Shown: piece by piece, positions 1-12,677 of the stretch | Layout: each line of letters starts with the position of its first letter | Position numbering within the stretch: the stretch's first letter is position 1 | DNA from: Squalus acanthias | Lineage: Eukaryota | Direction of reading: 5' to 3' | DNA length: 64,000 nt | Assembly (NCBI GenBank): GCA_030390025.1 | Contig: CM059432.1 | Coordinates: 15,130,001 to 15,194,000 of the forward strand | Program-made: the position numbers and the translations under genes | Notes under the pieces: model-generated | Seen by the model: the letters and a program-made list of their open reading frames with translations, nothing else | What the model was told of the DNA's origin: nothing | The model's database searches: none

Positions 1-318
1 TCTTCGGCAACACCTCCCAAACCTGCGACCTCTTCCACCTAGAAGGACAAGGGCAGCAAGTGTACGGGAACACCACCACTTCTAAGTTCCCCTCCAAGTC
101 ACACACCATCCTGACTTAGAGGTATATCGCCGTTCCATCATCGTCGCTGGGTCAAAATCCTGGAACTCCCTCCCTAACAGCACTATGTGAGCACCTTCAC
201 CACACGGACTGCAGCGGTTCAAAGCGGCTCACCACCACCTTCTCAAGGGCAATTAGGGATGGGCAATAAATGCTGGCCTTGCCAGCGATGCCCACATTCC
301 ATGAATGTATAACAAAAA
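1..318 (+). mobile_element. 3' end of a CR1-clade LINE (family B, A-rich tail)
   Basis: Matches the 3' end of the 18290-21243 element (...gatgggcaataaatgctggccttgccagcgatgcccacatt...aaaaa). Confidence 0.85.
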
Positions 319-1371
319 GCTTAAACCTTGTTTTCAAACTGAAACGTAAAAGTCTTTTTTAAACTTTTTTTCCCTCAGGATTTTGTATTGGTTTATACGT
401 TGTTGCAGTTGTGCCTTTTGCTTCCATGATGTTTGTAGGAGCATACCCTAATACAATGAGTTTGTTGGAGATACTGTTATAGTAGTCTTACATATATATT
501 CAGGATCACGGCTCCACATACCTTCATCTTCTTTACCCAAATCCAAATGACCCTTTAGACCCACTCTCTTGCTCACTGGACTTGCCTCTGGGGGATTGAA
601 GACTATCTGCCGTGCAAAGGGCAGCACAATGTTTACTGTTTGTTATTGAGAAGATTTATCGCCTGTTATAGGGAAGCAATCATTGCCACTACAAACGTGC
701 GGATTAAGCATCTATGAGACACATGCCGCAACAGAGATCTTAAGGCAACAGTGCTCAGTTTGTTGCAAAAAGGACATTTCTCTCCCCAAGGGTTACACTT
801 TCATTGAAGGAATCTACCTGTCTGTAAACTCTCATCCCAGCAGCAGTTGCTGTGAAGATATCTAGGCTTCCACAGTCAGAGCCAATTTCACAAATGTACT
901 TACACTGCTGACTTCTGCTCTTTGCCCTAGATTCTGCCCCTCTGATTAGTTTCTGATGTGAGTGCACACACCGCGTGTTCCTGACACAAAAAATGGAAAT
1001 ACCCTTCACTGTGGATGGAACTGAAAGGAAGAGTGGGGCCTCCTCAACTGATCTTTAATAAATACAAGTCAATAGCACTCAGCAAATATGCAATTTAGCA
1101 GCACTGACGATTATGTAAAATAGAGACATGGAGGTGACAGTGTAAATTAGTTTAAGTGGTAACTAGATACATTTCTGAAGAAAGGTTTGAGGGATATGGT
1201 AAGTAGGTAAGTGTGGAATCTATCAAAAAGGATTTGGGAATGAATGGCCTTTGCCTGTTCCTAAAACTTTTTTGGGCAGATTTTCCTTGTTTGCAGTTGG
1301 TTATTAAATAATCTCCTGGGCATAGCACATAGAAGGAAATTGAATGGGGAGAAATGCAAACCTGTGCCAGA

Positions 1372-1655
1372 GACAACAACAACAATAACTTATACTTATA
1401 TAGCGTCTTTAACGCAATAAAAGGTCCCAAGGCGTTTCACAGGAGCGTTATCAAAAAAAAAACTAAATTTGACACCGAACCATATAAGATGTTAGGGCAG
1501 ATGACCAAAAGCTTGGTCAAAGAGGTAGGTTTTGAGGAGCGTCTTAAAGGAGGAAAGAGAAGTGGAGAGGTGGAGAGAAGATTTAGAGAGGGAATTCCAG
1601 AGCTTAGGACCTAGGCAGCTGAAAGGCACGACTGCCAATGGTCGAGCTTTTAAAA
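1372..1655 (-). mobile_element. L2-clade LINE 3' fragment
   Basis: Minus strand encodes the ...GPKLWNSL...KTYLFDQAFGH C-terminus and ends in a (GTT)n tail. Confidence 0.8.
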
Positions 1656-1820
1656 TAATTTAAAATGAATGTAAATCAGGTAGACCCCAGTGACCCACCC
1701 CACCCAATTCTGCCCAGGTGATACTTAATGTCCTCGCACAAAAAAGGAAAATCTGCCATCTTATATCAGCTTTAAAGGGTTGCGTTGTTCCCGACAAGCT
1801 TCAGCCAGTTGGAAATCTTT

Positions 1821-2256
1821 ATAGAAACATAGAAACATAGAATCTAGGAGCAGGAGTAGGCCATTCGGCCCGTCGAGCCTGCTCCACCATTCAATACGAT
1901 CATGGATGATCATCCAAGTCCAGTACCCTGTCCCTGCTTTAATCCCCACAGTACACATATCCCACCCTACCCCCATAACCCCACGTATTTAATTCCCCCT
2001 AACATATCCCATCCTATCCCCATAACCCCACATATTTAATCCCCCCCTAACACTAAGGGTCAATTTATCATAGCCAAATCAACCTAACCCGCACATTTTT
2101 GGACTGTGGGAGGAAACCGGAGCACCCGGAGGAAACCCACGCAGACACGGGGAGAATGTGCAAACTCCACACAGACAGTCACCCGAGGTCAGATTCGAAC
2201 CCGGGTCCCTGGCGCTGTGAGGCACCAGTGCTAACCACTATGCCACCGTGTTGCCC
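1821..2256 (-). mobile_element. tRNA-derived V-SINE (HE1-like) with a CR1-derived 3' tail
   Basis: Minus strand has a tRNA-like head (gggcaacacggtggcatagtggttagcac...ggttcgaatc), the V-domain (gtggagtttgcacattctccccgtgtctgcgtgggtttcctccgggtgctccggtttcctcccacagtcc) and a CR1-like tail ending in (TTTCTATG)n. Internal tandem duplication near 1954-2051. Confidence 0.85.
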
Positions 2257-3129
2257 TTTAGAGATGTCCGTTTAATTAGAACTGGAACATAGTGAAATAA
2301 CTCTTGATTAAGTGTCCACATGGAAAAGATTTATAAACATTTTAACTGTTCTCTAATCTGCTGTGGATTTACTGTCACATTTGCACCTGTTCCATATAAT
2401 CCACTTGTTTTCTCTCGCCTTCAATTTGTTGCGAGATAATCAGAAAGAGGCATCCTAACTAATTACCTGGAAATCAGTACCCAAGACACCCTGGGGACGA
2501 TTCCGCCTGTATTTCACAGTTCTCGTTTTTAAAAATGTAATTGGAATTTGTCTATCTCTTCCTTTCTCCAAATTGATTATTTCCTATTCTCCTCATTCCT
2601 AAACAAAAATGATTATATTACCTAAACAAATCTATTGGGACAACAGGGATTGCTGGATGGGTGCCTCTCCGTGTAAGTCAGGCTCAGAATAAACACTAGT
2701 CAGGTTATGAACAGAGTAGAATTTTATACTGAAGCTCTCAAGCTCCAGATACAGAACAAAACCACTAACATGATTATAAATCGGTTGCCCATTGGCATTG
2801 GCTAATCACAGATGCCATATCTACTTGAACCTACACAAGTACAAATTTAATACCAACACATTTTTACTAATACATGCAAATTACTGTCAGGCTCCAACTT
2901 CCTCCAAACATATAAAAAGCTGTCTTGTATGATTGTTGTCTTTCCTAATGTCTCGCATCTAAAGTAAACCTTTTCTATAGCATTCTTTGTTAGGTCCAGC
3001 GTGGTAATAGGGTGGAGCAGGAGTCGTATCCACCCAACGTGATGCTGACCATGATCAGCCTAATTCAAGGCGAGCTCCAGGCATGAACACCACTACTAAT
3101 AAGAGCTTTTCCACTGCAGCCCGATTGTA

Positions 3130-4690
3130 ACTACTGTGCTGCTGCAGCATTTAAAGGCCTGCAGCATCTTAAAGGGAACCTCATCTACTAAAATGGGCTT
3201 GGACGCAGAGGATCAAGGTAAAATAAAAATGTCTATGAGGACAGCTGGAAGGCAGAGAGCCCATAAATGCGCTGAGGCAGCAGTGGAAGTGCTGCTGGAT
3301 CAAGTCAGTAGGATGAGGGTTGTGGGGGGGGGGGGGGTGGGGGGGGAGGGAGTTTCGTTTGGGACAGAGCAGCAAAAGTCCCCAAGGAGTGCTGCTCGGG
3401 CACAATGGAAGGAGGTTGTCAAGGCAGTCATTGTGAACTACAACACTCCACTAATATCCACTCAGTAGTAGAAGAAGTTTAATGACTTTACCAGGTCAGG
3501 CAAAGTAAGAGAAGCCAACCGCACCTTCCAAGTAGGCACAGTATTCTAAGCATATTTGCCACTTATAATAACTTCCTCTCACACTATATTGAAGTGTCTG
3601 AATTGCTTACCATCAATGACCAGCACCACCAGCCTTCACATGCAAGTGTTCCTTCACTCACAGGCTCAAGTATTTTTACCCCACTGGAAATCTCACTGGA
3701 ATCTAATTGCTCGCTGCATGCAGCAGTCATCACATCCATTGTAGGTTGCCTGCTGAAACTTGTTTTTTCCTGGATTTCATGGCAACCCACAGTAGTTCTC
3801 AGCTTTTCACATTCTTTTCTAATGAGAAGACAGCCTATAATCTCAGAGAGAGAGGACTACATTAGGGGGAGCTCCCCAGTCCTCTACCCTCCCCACCTCT
3901 CCAAATCCAGGGCAGGGATGTATTAGAGCGTGTCAGACACATGGAAGAAGGAGGGCAGGTGCCAGCTTCAGGGTCCCCTTCCGCTTCTCTCCATTCTCAT
4001 CCTACATTACGCTGCATTACCTGTCAGCAAACGATATCACAAAATCCTTATGTCACTCCCTCGACTGGAAGTGAAATGTGAACTCTGTTCCTCGGTAACT
4101 ATGCTAACCTTTCTTTCTCACAGATACACCTGAAGAAGAGCCAGGTGCAGTACATCCAGAGTACATGCCGTCACTCAATTTCTGGCTTGCAAGCAGGAAC
4201 TCAGATGTCCACCTCCCCAGGGCGTCAAAGAGTGAGCTAGAAGAAAGCGCACTGGATGGCTTACAGGGGGCGAGTGAGTGGGAGGAGTTGCAAGTGGAAC
4301 ATGAAGAGGAAGACATTGCTGACGAATATATATGTTGCCCCTGAAGAGACTGGGGGACCATATTACATGGGTCCTGCTTTCAAAAGAAGGAGCAGACATA
4401 TTTGCAGGAACATGGGCCTGCCTCTGACAATGGGCTGCTATTGGCAACTCAAGCGGCAGAGGTCCACTACCTGCATGGGCACATCATTCTGAAAGGCTCT
4501 GCAGCTCTGCAATCGACTCTGGAATGTGGCGTGGGAAGCTCAGCTGCAAACAGAGGCCCTCAGGGCAGAGTGTGTTCCCACTGGGATCCCCACCGCCGAG
4601 TGGGACAGCTCACCACTGGCAAGGAGGATAATTCTGCCGGTGCTGCAATGGGACCGTCGGTGCAGAACCTGAAGAGGTGGTCTCACATTT
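3130..4690 (+). mobile_element. Decayed Harbinger/PIF-type Myb/SANT-like gene remnant
   Basis: RQRAHKCAEAAVEVLLDQV...SPRSAARAQWKEVVKAV...TQ**KKFNDFTRSGK followed by a GTAAG donor; fits the Myb/SANT (trihelix) pattern R.F...L..L...W..V...V...QC.K.FNDL. Contains stops; downstream extent uncertain. Confidence 0.6.
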
Positions 4691-5879
4691 AAAAGGGGCA
4701 GAAGGTCCGTCTGTCCGCCCGCACCTCCCCCCCCCCCTTGCCAAACAGGACAGCAAAACTTTATTTCGGCCAAGATCGAAGTTCGAAGAAGTTTGGTAGT
4801 TGGAGTCCAAATGAAGGGGGAAACGGTCACTTCTAGGCCCTCTCCATCCATGTACTGATGTAGGCCGCTTACCACCACTGCCCCAGGGCCTACCATGGTG
4901 CTCCCTGGCGTCACTGTCCGGCATCACATCTTAAGAAATACTTCTTGGGAGAGATAACCAACGCTTGCTGGTTGCTGCAGAAATGTATCTCATCACGAGT
5001 TAGTAGTGTCATTTGGAGAGAAGATGACTGAGGAAGAATTTTTTTTATTTTTTTTAAAGATTGTTGGGTTTTTTTTGCAAACCAAAGAAGGTGCAGATAC
5101 CCTGGACCGGGACTTGAACCCACTACCTTCTAACCGAGAGGTGAAAGCAGTACCACGAAACCAAGCTGACCCAAAAGGCAGGGAAAGAATGCATAAGAGA
5201 AAGAAAGAATAATCAAGGCACGGGGAATGATTTCAATGAAAACGAGTAGGAGAAGTTACAGCGACTGGGAGAGATTCAGCTGCAGGTGGACATACGAGAT
5301 CAAGAGAGAGAGAGGGAGAGAGAGAGAGATAACACATTGACAGTCTAAAAGTGTGCAGCAGCTGTTTTACATAGTGATGACCAATCGTGGCATTCATATT
5401 GATTCCTCTGTGATTTTCTATGTATATATTCAAAACAATAACAGATACGTAAATCCTAGGGGAGGAGGAAGGAAAATGGCAGCAGATTTCCAACAATTAC
5501 ATTCCAGGAAGAAATTGAATATGTATTGAACGGTGCAGCTGGTGTTTATTTTTCCCGAATAAAAAACACAGCATGAAACTTGGACGCAAAGATTTTAACG
5601 TTCATTTTCTACCTCATGATTGATTTATTTTTGTTCCTCGCTGATCAGGTTACAGAATGTACGTTCCAATTTGTTCAAATTTTACTGGCCAAAATAATAG
5701 GGGAAAATATCAGAGGCGGCGGAAATGGCGAGCTAAAAACGATGGAATAATGGGAAGAATATCTGCAAAATCTTTTCATATTTAACACTGCTGACAGACA
5801 AAAATTCCACGTTGAAATGTCACACAGCAACAAAGTTGCATTCTAACTGTATCTTCAGAAATGAACTTGTCTACAATCA

Positions 5880-6689
5880 ATGAGTAAAACAATTTCTCCC
5901 TATTTCCCTATTGGATTTATTAGCAACTATCTTGTATTTATGGTCCCTAGTTTTGGATTCTCCCACAAGTGGAAACATTCTCTCCACATCTACCCTGTCC
6001 AACCCATTCATAATTTTAAAGACCTCTACCAGGTCTCCTCTAAGTCTTCCCTTTTCTAAAGAAAAAAGCCCCAATCTGTGTAAATCCTTTTTGCACTTTT
6101 GCCAGTGCTTTGATGTACTTCTTATAGTATGGAGACCAGAATTGTGCGCAGTACTCTAAGTGCGGTCTGACCAGGGTCCGATACATGTTTAACATAACTT
6201 CACTACTTTTGAATTCTATACCCCTAGAAATAAATCCCAGTGCTTTGTTAGCATTTTTAATTGATTTGGTGACCTCCGATGCTGCTTTTAATGATTTGTT
6301 CACCTGTATCCCTAGATCCCTTTGCTCTTCTACCCCATTCAGTTTCTTATTTTCTAAGGTGCAGATGACGTTTCTATTTTTCCTACCAAAGTGCATCACC
6401 TCAAATTTATCTGCTTAAGTTCATTTGCTACTTAACTGCCCAGTTTGCAAGTATTCTAACGTCTCCTTGTATTATGTTGCATTCTTGCTCAGTGTTAGCC
6501 ATACCCCCCAGTTCGGCATCATCTTCAAATTTTGGTTTGTTGTTACTTGTTCCCAAGTCCAAATCACTCACATAAATTATGAATAACAGTGGTCCCGGCA
6601 CTGATCCTTGCGGAACCGCTTTCTACCTTCCTCCAATCTGAACAACTACCCTTTACCCCTACTCTCTGCTTTCTATCTTTAGCCAATTT
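5880..6689 (-). mobile_element. CR1 LINE fragment (RT C-terminal half), degraded
   Basis: ORF-track peptides HFGRKN...RDLGI...[15 protein letters not shown] and GLFSLEKGRLRGDLVEVFKI. Confidence 0.9.
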
Positions 6690-6707
6690 GTGACAAGATG
6701 CTATATA

Positions 6708-7064
6708 CAGGAAACTCTTTATTAACCGGCACCCAAATATCCGGAAATCTCTCTTAACCGGCAAAATTCTTGAGTAGGTAACCGGGGTTTTCCTTCATCT
6801 CTCGTTTAAAATTAACTTTAAACCGAGGCGTTTGCCTTGTATCGGAGCATGTAGATTGGGAGGGGAATGTGCAGCCCGGGTAGGCAGCGGACACGACAGA
6901 TGGTCAGCTGGCAGTCCCCGGGGAGACGGAGCTCCGAATGCAGGCGCATGTCAATGTGTACGGGGCTCTCGTACGTTGGGAGATATAACTCTCCGTTATC
7001 CGGACTTTTTGATTAACCGGCACCATGCCGGTCCCGTCGGTGCCGGTTAATAAAGAGTTTCCTG
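6708..7064. mobile_element. pogo/Tigger-type (Tc1/mariner superfamily) MITE, 357 bp
   Basis: Perfect 26-bp TIR CAGGAAACTCTTTATTAACCGGCACC; TA target-site duplication at 6706-6707 and 7065-7066. Confidence 0.9.
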
Positions 7065-7828
7065 TACATGCATGTTGCCCTAAAGTAAATGTGCTACCAT
7101 TCACTAAGACCGCCAGTAGCGCCTTAGTACAATATGTAAAAATTGCTTTCTTCTCTTTGTTGATTGCTGCTCCATAATAGCATGTGAAATGTTGAGTTAA
7201 ATCACAACTTTACATCTCTTTCAACTGCACCTTTTGTATGTCAACACCATTCGTGGAGTATGTAATCCACTCTTATGAGATGAGATGAAAGGTTCCTTGG
7301 TAAGCAGGCAGGCTACAAAGTGGGCAAAATATATAGTATTATAGTTGGCGAGTGGTGAAAGCCATCTCATTTTGGGAGGTGTTTATTTTTTCCCCTATCT
7401 TTAGATCTGCACATACCACACAATACTCCCAGGGACATCTGCTGCTCTATTAAGCTAACTTGAACATGGAATGAGAAAAGTCCATTCCTTCCACGGAAGC
7501 TCTACGATCTGCTGCTATCGCGTACTCGCCCTCTGAAGGCCAGTTCTGCAAAGTTTCTCCCTGCTCCCTCAAAAGGTCAATCAAGCAAAACTCCAAGATA
7601 ACTTTCAGCTTCCATTGCATATCCTGAGCCTTTGCGTGGTGTGACGTTTCCATGGTCTCAGCACCACAGGCATTGTCATGGTCCAGCCAGCATTCAGTTA
7701 TCTCTATCTTGATTTTTTGCTAGCAACCCTTAAATGCATTCCCACCCAGATATTTATCCAGTTCTTTTAAAAAGTTGTTAATCAATGCAACACTAATTAT
7801 TTTAGCTGTGACTCCATTCCATGTATCC

Positions 7829-7926
7829 AGGATGAAAGCTCATCGACCCGAAATGTTAACTCAGTTTCTTTTCCACAGATGCTGCCTGACCTACCGAGTG
7901 TTTCCAGCATTTGCTGTTTTTATTTC
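7829..7926 (+). mobile_element. Penelope-like element 3'/pLTR fragment with a degenerate hammerhead
   Basis: gatgaaagctcatcgacccgaaatgttaact...ccacagatgctgcctgacc...tttccagcatt, homologous to 43189-43284. Confidence 0.7.
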
Positions 7927-8034
7927 ATGTATCCATTTGTCTGGCAGACAGAAATTCCTTCTAATTTCGAGTTTTGCTTGAGGTGAGTCAATTTTCTACA
8001 TTATGCCCTTTACTTCAGTGCTAACAATCCAAAT

Positions 8035-8472
8035 TTGAGCTATGAGGAAAGATTTGATAGGCTGGGGTTGTTTTCTTTGGAACAGAGGAGGCGGAGGGGA
8101 GACTTAATTGAGGTGTATAAAATTATGAGGGGCCTAGATAGAGTGGATAGGAAGGATCTATTTCCCTCAGCAGAGAGGTCAATAACCAGGGGCCATAGAT
8201 TTAAAGTAATTGGTAGAAGGATTAGAGGGGAGTTGAGGAGGGCTTTTTTCACCCAGAGGGTGGTGGGAGTCTGGAACTCACTGTATGAAAGGGTGGTAGA
8301 GGCAGAAACTCTCATCGCATTTAAAAAGTACTTGGATATGCACTTGAAGTGCCGTAACCTACAAGGCTACGGACCAAGAGCTGGAAAGTGGGATTAGGCC
8401 GGATGGCTCTTTTTCGGCCGGCACAGACACGATGGGCCTACGTCTGTGCCTTAAACTTCTATGATGCTATGA
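8035..8472 (+). mobile_element. CR1 LINE 3' fragment
   Basis: SYEERFDRLGLFSLEQRRRRGDLIEVYKI...FFTQRVVGVWNSL; tail ttctatgatgctatga. Confidence 0.9.
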
Positions 8473-9284
8473 AATTAAATAACCTGCTTGCACGTATATT
8501 ACCCATTCCTCTGTGTTTTTAAATCCCGGACGGAGTTCCCCTCAATTTACTTTCTGCACCCCCCCCCCCAATTTACATCCTTCCTATCAAGTGATGACTC
8601 GAGTTGGGATACAGTTACACTCACACAGTTGTCTTCCTGTTCTTTATCCGTGAACCTAGACAGTGTCAGTAGGCTATGCAACCACAGAAGGCATCATAGC
8701 GGAGCCCAATTCCGTCCTCATACAGTAGCCGCATAAGCACCCATTTAAGGTTGAGGTCACTGCACAGCAACCAGGAGTAGGAAGCCTAGCTAATTTCTTC
8801 TCTTCCTAACCCAAGAATGCCGAGTCAAAGAGCGGTGTTCAAACTGCTGTCCCCACTGAGATCAGCTTACTCAGCACAGTAAATTCTCAGGACGTGTCAA
8901 CAGTCTAAGGGTTAATCTGAGGGTTTAAACAGGATTCATGGGCTGGGGTGGGGGCGGAGTCCAGAGAAAAAGCAGATGTACCTCAATACAAAGTTTCCAG
9001 TCTTTAGACAACTTACATCATTTGCAAGTTTTACTGTAAGTTTACTGCAAACATAGTCCAAAGTCAAACTCTTACTGATACAGGGAAGGTAAAATGGCTT
9101 GGGAAAAAATGACATCTCCTTATAAATATAGTCTGCTCCTTGTAATTCAAAGAATTTGAAGTTGTCTGATAACTAATTTTTTTAGCTTTGAATTCCCACT
9201 TTGCTGTGTTACTTATGTTGCTTAATTCAAATTATTGCTTCAGTATATTTCAACATGAAGACAAGAAAGAAATTACATATAATC

Positions 9285-9645
9285 TACAGGAACAGGCGAT
9301 TAGACCCAACTGGTCCATGCCGGTGTTTATGCTCCACACGGGCCTCCTCCCACCCTTACTTCATCTCACCCTATCAGCATATCCTTCTATTCCTTTCTCC
9401 CTCATGTACTTATCTAGCTTCCCCTGAAATGTATCTATGCGAGTCGCCTCAACCACTCCCTGTGGCAGCGAGTTCCACATTCTCACCACTCTCTGGGTAA
9501 AGAGGTTTTCCTGGATTTGTTATTGGATTAATTGGTGACTATCTTATATTGATGGCCCACAGTTTTGGACTCCCCCATAAGTGGAAACATCTTCTCTGTG
9601 TTTACCCTATTGAACCCCTTCATAATTTTAAAGACCTCTATTAGG
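9285..9645 (-). mobile_element. CR1 LINE 3' fragment
   Basis: Reverse complement encodes EVFKIMKG...QRVVRMWNSLP plus a CR1 3' UTR; related to 45437-45732. Confidence 0.75.
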
Positions 9646-10537
9646 CTTAATTAACTCTATTTGTTTTTTATTTTCTGAATCACTTTATAATGTTTCTCTC
9701 CTCTTCATTTGAAGGCAGCATCCTCACAACTTGTGCAAACGTCCAATCCCCGTTTCCTATATCCAATTAAATATTCCTCAAAAATATATGAAGAGTTTAG
9801 TAAGAATGCAAAAATCCATACCGCCCCCCCCTCCCCCTCCCCCAGAGATTACAGGGTAAATATGCCATGCCATGTGTTAAGTACTGAGCCATACAGGACA
9901 GGAAAGTTCCAAGGCCTGGTCGGTTCCCTGGTGTGCAGGCACTCTCCAGTACTCATTAGCCATTCTTCAAATGAACCTAGACAGACACAAATGGCAGGCA
10001 ACTTGGCATAACAGCCAGGTTTAATTCTGTTCCCACCTGGCATCCATACACGTACTCGTTCCAGCTGGAGTTGCCGGATAGCAATCAGGACTTCTTTCCT
10101 CCCTAGCGCAGGGGCACGAAGTCAATTTTAATGATATCCTGCCATCCCAGATAGAAAGAAAGAAAAAGAAAGACTTGCATTTATATAGCGCCTTTCAGAA
10201 CCTCAGGATGTCCCAAAGCACTTTACAGCCAATGAAATACTTTTGAAGTGTAGTCATTGTTGTAATGTAGGAAATGTAGGTAAAAGATCAAATAATTCAC
10301 GGCAGACTGGGCATCCAACCTGTCCTGCTCTGTGTGGCTCAGTGCCAAGTTACATGTTGTATTTACCCATTAAGTCATGCAAAGGCATTTAGATTTTATA
10401 TTCTCACCAATCTACCTCATGTATTTGTTACTGTTTTGTGAGGACAGTGCAACTTACCTTCTTTGAAATCGGATTTACTGAAATGTACTTTCCCCTATCT
10501 GGAACTGCGAAAGACCAGGATTAAATGGAGATTAATT

Positions 10538-11052
10538 GACTGCCGCGGTTCAAGAAGGCGGTTCACCACCACCTTCTCAAGGACAATTAGGGATGGGCAA
10601 TAAATGCTGGCCTTGCCAGCGACGCCCACATCCCATAAACGAATATAAAAAAAACCAACTTCAATTATATAGCGCCTTTAACATAGTAAAACGTCGCAAG
10701 GTGCTTCACAGGGGTGTTATCAAACAAAATTTGACGCTGAGCCATAAAAGGAAATATTAGGACAGGTGACCAAAAGCTTGGTCAAAGAGGGAGGTTTTAA
10801 GGAGTGTCTTAAAGGAGGAGAGAGAGGTGGAGAGGCAGAGAGGGTTAAGGGAGGGAATTCCAGAGCTTAGGGCCTAGACAGCTGAAGGCACGGCCGCCAA
10901 TGGTGGAGCGAAGAAATCTGGGGATGCGCAAGAGGCCAAAATTAGTGGAGCGCAGAGATCTCAGAGGGTTGTAGGGCTGGAGGAGGTTACAGAGATAGGG
11001 AGGGGGGGCGAGGCCATGGAGAGATTTGAACACAAGGATGAGAATTTTAATA
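10538..11052. mobile_element. Short CR1 family-B 3' end (+, 10538-10655) joined tail to tail with an L2 3' fragment (-, 10656-11052)
   Basis: The two tails meet near 10655; L2 peptide KILILVFKSLHGLAPPPYLCNLLQPYNP...GGRAFSCLGPKLWNSLP. Confidence 0.8.
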
Positions 11053-12180
11053 AGTAAATCAGGGAGACTGGACGTATGCACATCAGGACTTTGTGTACAA
11101 ACTCTCAGTCTTTCAATTCACCTGCACTGCTCCCAATCAGATTGACCCAACATGATTGCACTGTGAAGCTCACTTAGTCCCTTCATCAATATACATTGAT
11201 GAGCTCTGTCAATATTATTAAAAATACATTCAGTATTTTAAAAATGTATGAGTGTTGTAAGGTCAGGAGCTTCGGCCTGCACGATGGGCAGCCTCCCGTC
11301 ATGGGACTCGTGCACCAGCCTATTTGGAATTATGCTAATTATAGTGCCGGCCCATTAACTGCTAATGGAATTATGCCCTTGAGCTGCTCCATCAGTTGCA
11401 GCGCTGACTGCAAGTGTTGTGAGCAATTCCAGCAAAAAAAAGCAGAGAAGAAAAGCTGTCATTATCTGCTGCCTCGTGTGCAGCATGTTGCATGCTTTGC
11501 TGAAAGATCAAAGCTTATCTTGTTACCGCTCTGCAGTGGCCGAGTGCTGCTCTGTACAGAAGCGGAAATGAACCGAAAGAAAAAGCAACAGAGGAGCCTA
11601 ATCTGTGCAAATGAGTATTGCCGTTTTAGCAATTCAGAATCTATTCAACCTAGGTCACAAATTACCAAAACCGCCGTTTACACTTTCACACACTTGGGGG
11701 GGGGGGCGGGAAGCATACTTTCTCCTGTCTAGAAATGTGAAAGCCCAGGATTAAATGGAGGTTAATTGACTGCCGCCACCCCCCACCCCCCCCCCCCCGG
11801 ACTGAGAAGCAGACTAATAATAACAATCAAGCACTTTGCAAATTGCCGCTGCTGGACATTTATAAAGCTTTGTGGAGACTAGCAAAGGCTATATTTAAAA
11901 GCTATCGCAAATCAGATTTGTGATGTACGTTGATTAACACCAGGGGTGCGCACCCCTAATTTTGTTGGAGCAAATTCCTCAAGCGCTGGCACAAAATAAT
12001 ACTTGTTTTTTATATTTTAACTTCCACTTTACTTGGGTCTCGCTCATGCAGCGTGTCCATCCTCAACAACAAATATCACCAAAAACTACCTTGATTTCAA
12101 TCAACTGTCCTTTAAAGCCCCTAAACTTAGTAATAATCATATGGTACAACATGTGGCCAGTTTGTATAGAAAATGACACT

Positions 12181-12603
12181 GGCTTTCGAAAATCCATGGG
12201 ACGTTGCGCGCACTTCCGCTGTATGTCAAGCACAAGTGCGATGGAAGGCCCACACTGCTACTTTCCGCAGTGCTTTGTTTGGGACAGAACCTCCTTTCAC
12301 ACCAATCATGGTCCCTTGTCTCAGCCCCAGGGGAGCCAGAACACCTTTCCAAGGGACCCCGATCAAACGGCTGCTGGGTAAGGGGATGCCGGGGGCATTT
12401 CTCAATGTGGAGCTCCGTCACAATACCTGCCTTCCCTTTGCTACAGCGGGCGCTCAATACGCACCCATAGGTGGTGTGGATGCCCACCAGGAATGTGTAA
12501 AATAGGGACCCTCACATACTCTAGCGTGGTCAGCGGTGGAGGTTGCCGGTGGACAACTCGCAGGAACTGCGCCAGGAACAAAGGTCCATGGATTTTCAAG
12601 GCC
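12181..12603. mobile_element. Non-autonomous TIR element (about 420 bp), probably Harbinger-type
   Basis: Imperfect TIR ggctttcgaaaatccatgggacgtt / aaggtccatggattttcaaggcc; GC-rich interior; flanks act and tact. Confidence 0.6.
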
Positions 12604-12677
12604 TACTAGGTTTAGAAACTAGTTTTCTCCTCCCTTCTCCCCATCCATTTGGGGAGATCATTTTCTCCTGTCTCTTA

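Noticed and set aside
2150..2256. tRNA gene (also the heads at 15281 and 16899)
   Set aside because: A and B boxes run straight into SINE bodies; these are SINE heads.
11196..11732. 178-aa ORF as a nested gene
   Set aside because: Non-ATG start in the track, no recognisable domain or splice structure; consistent with a chance open frame.
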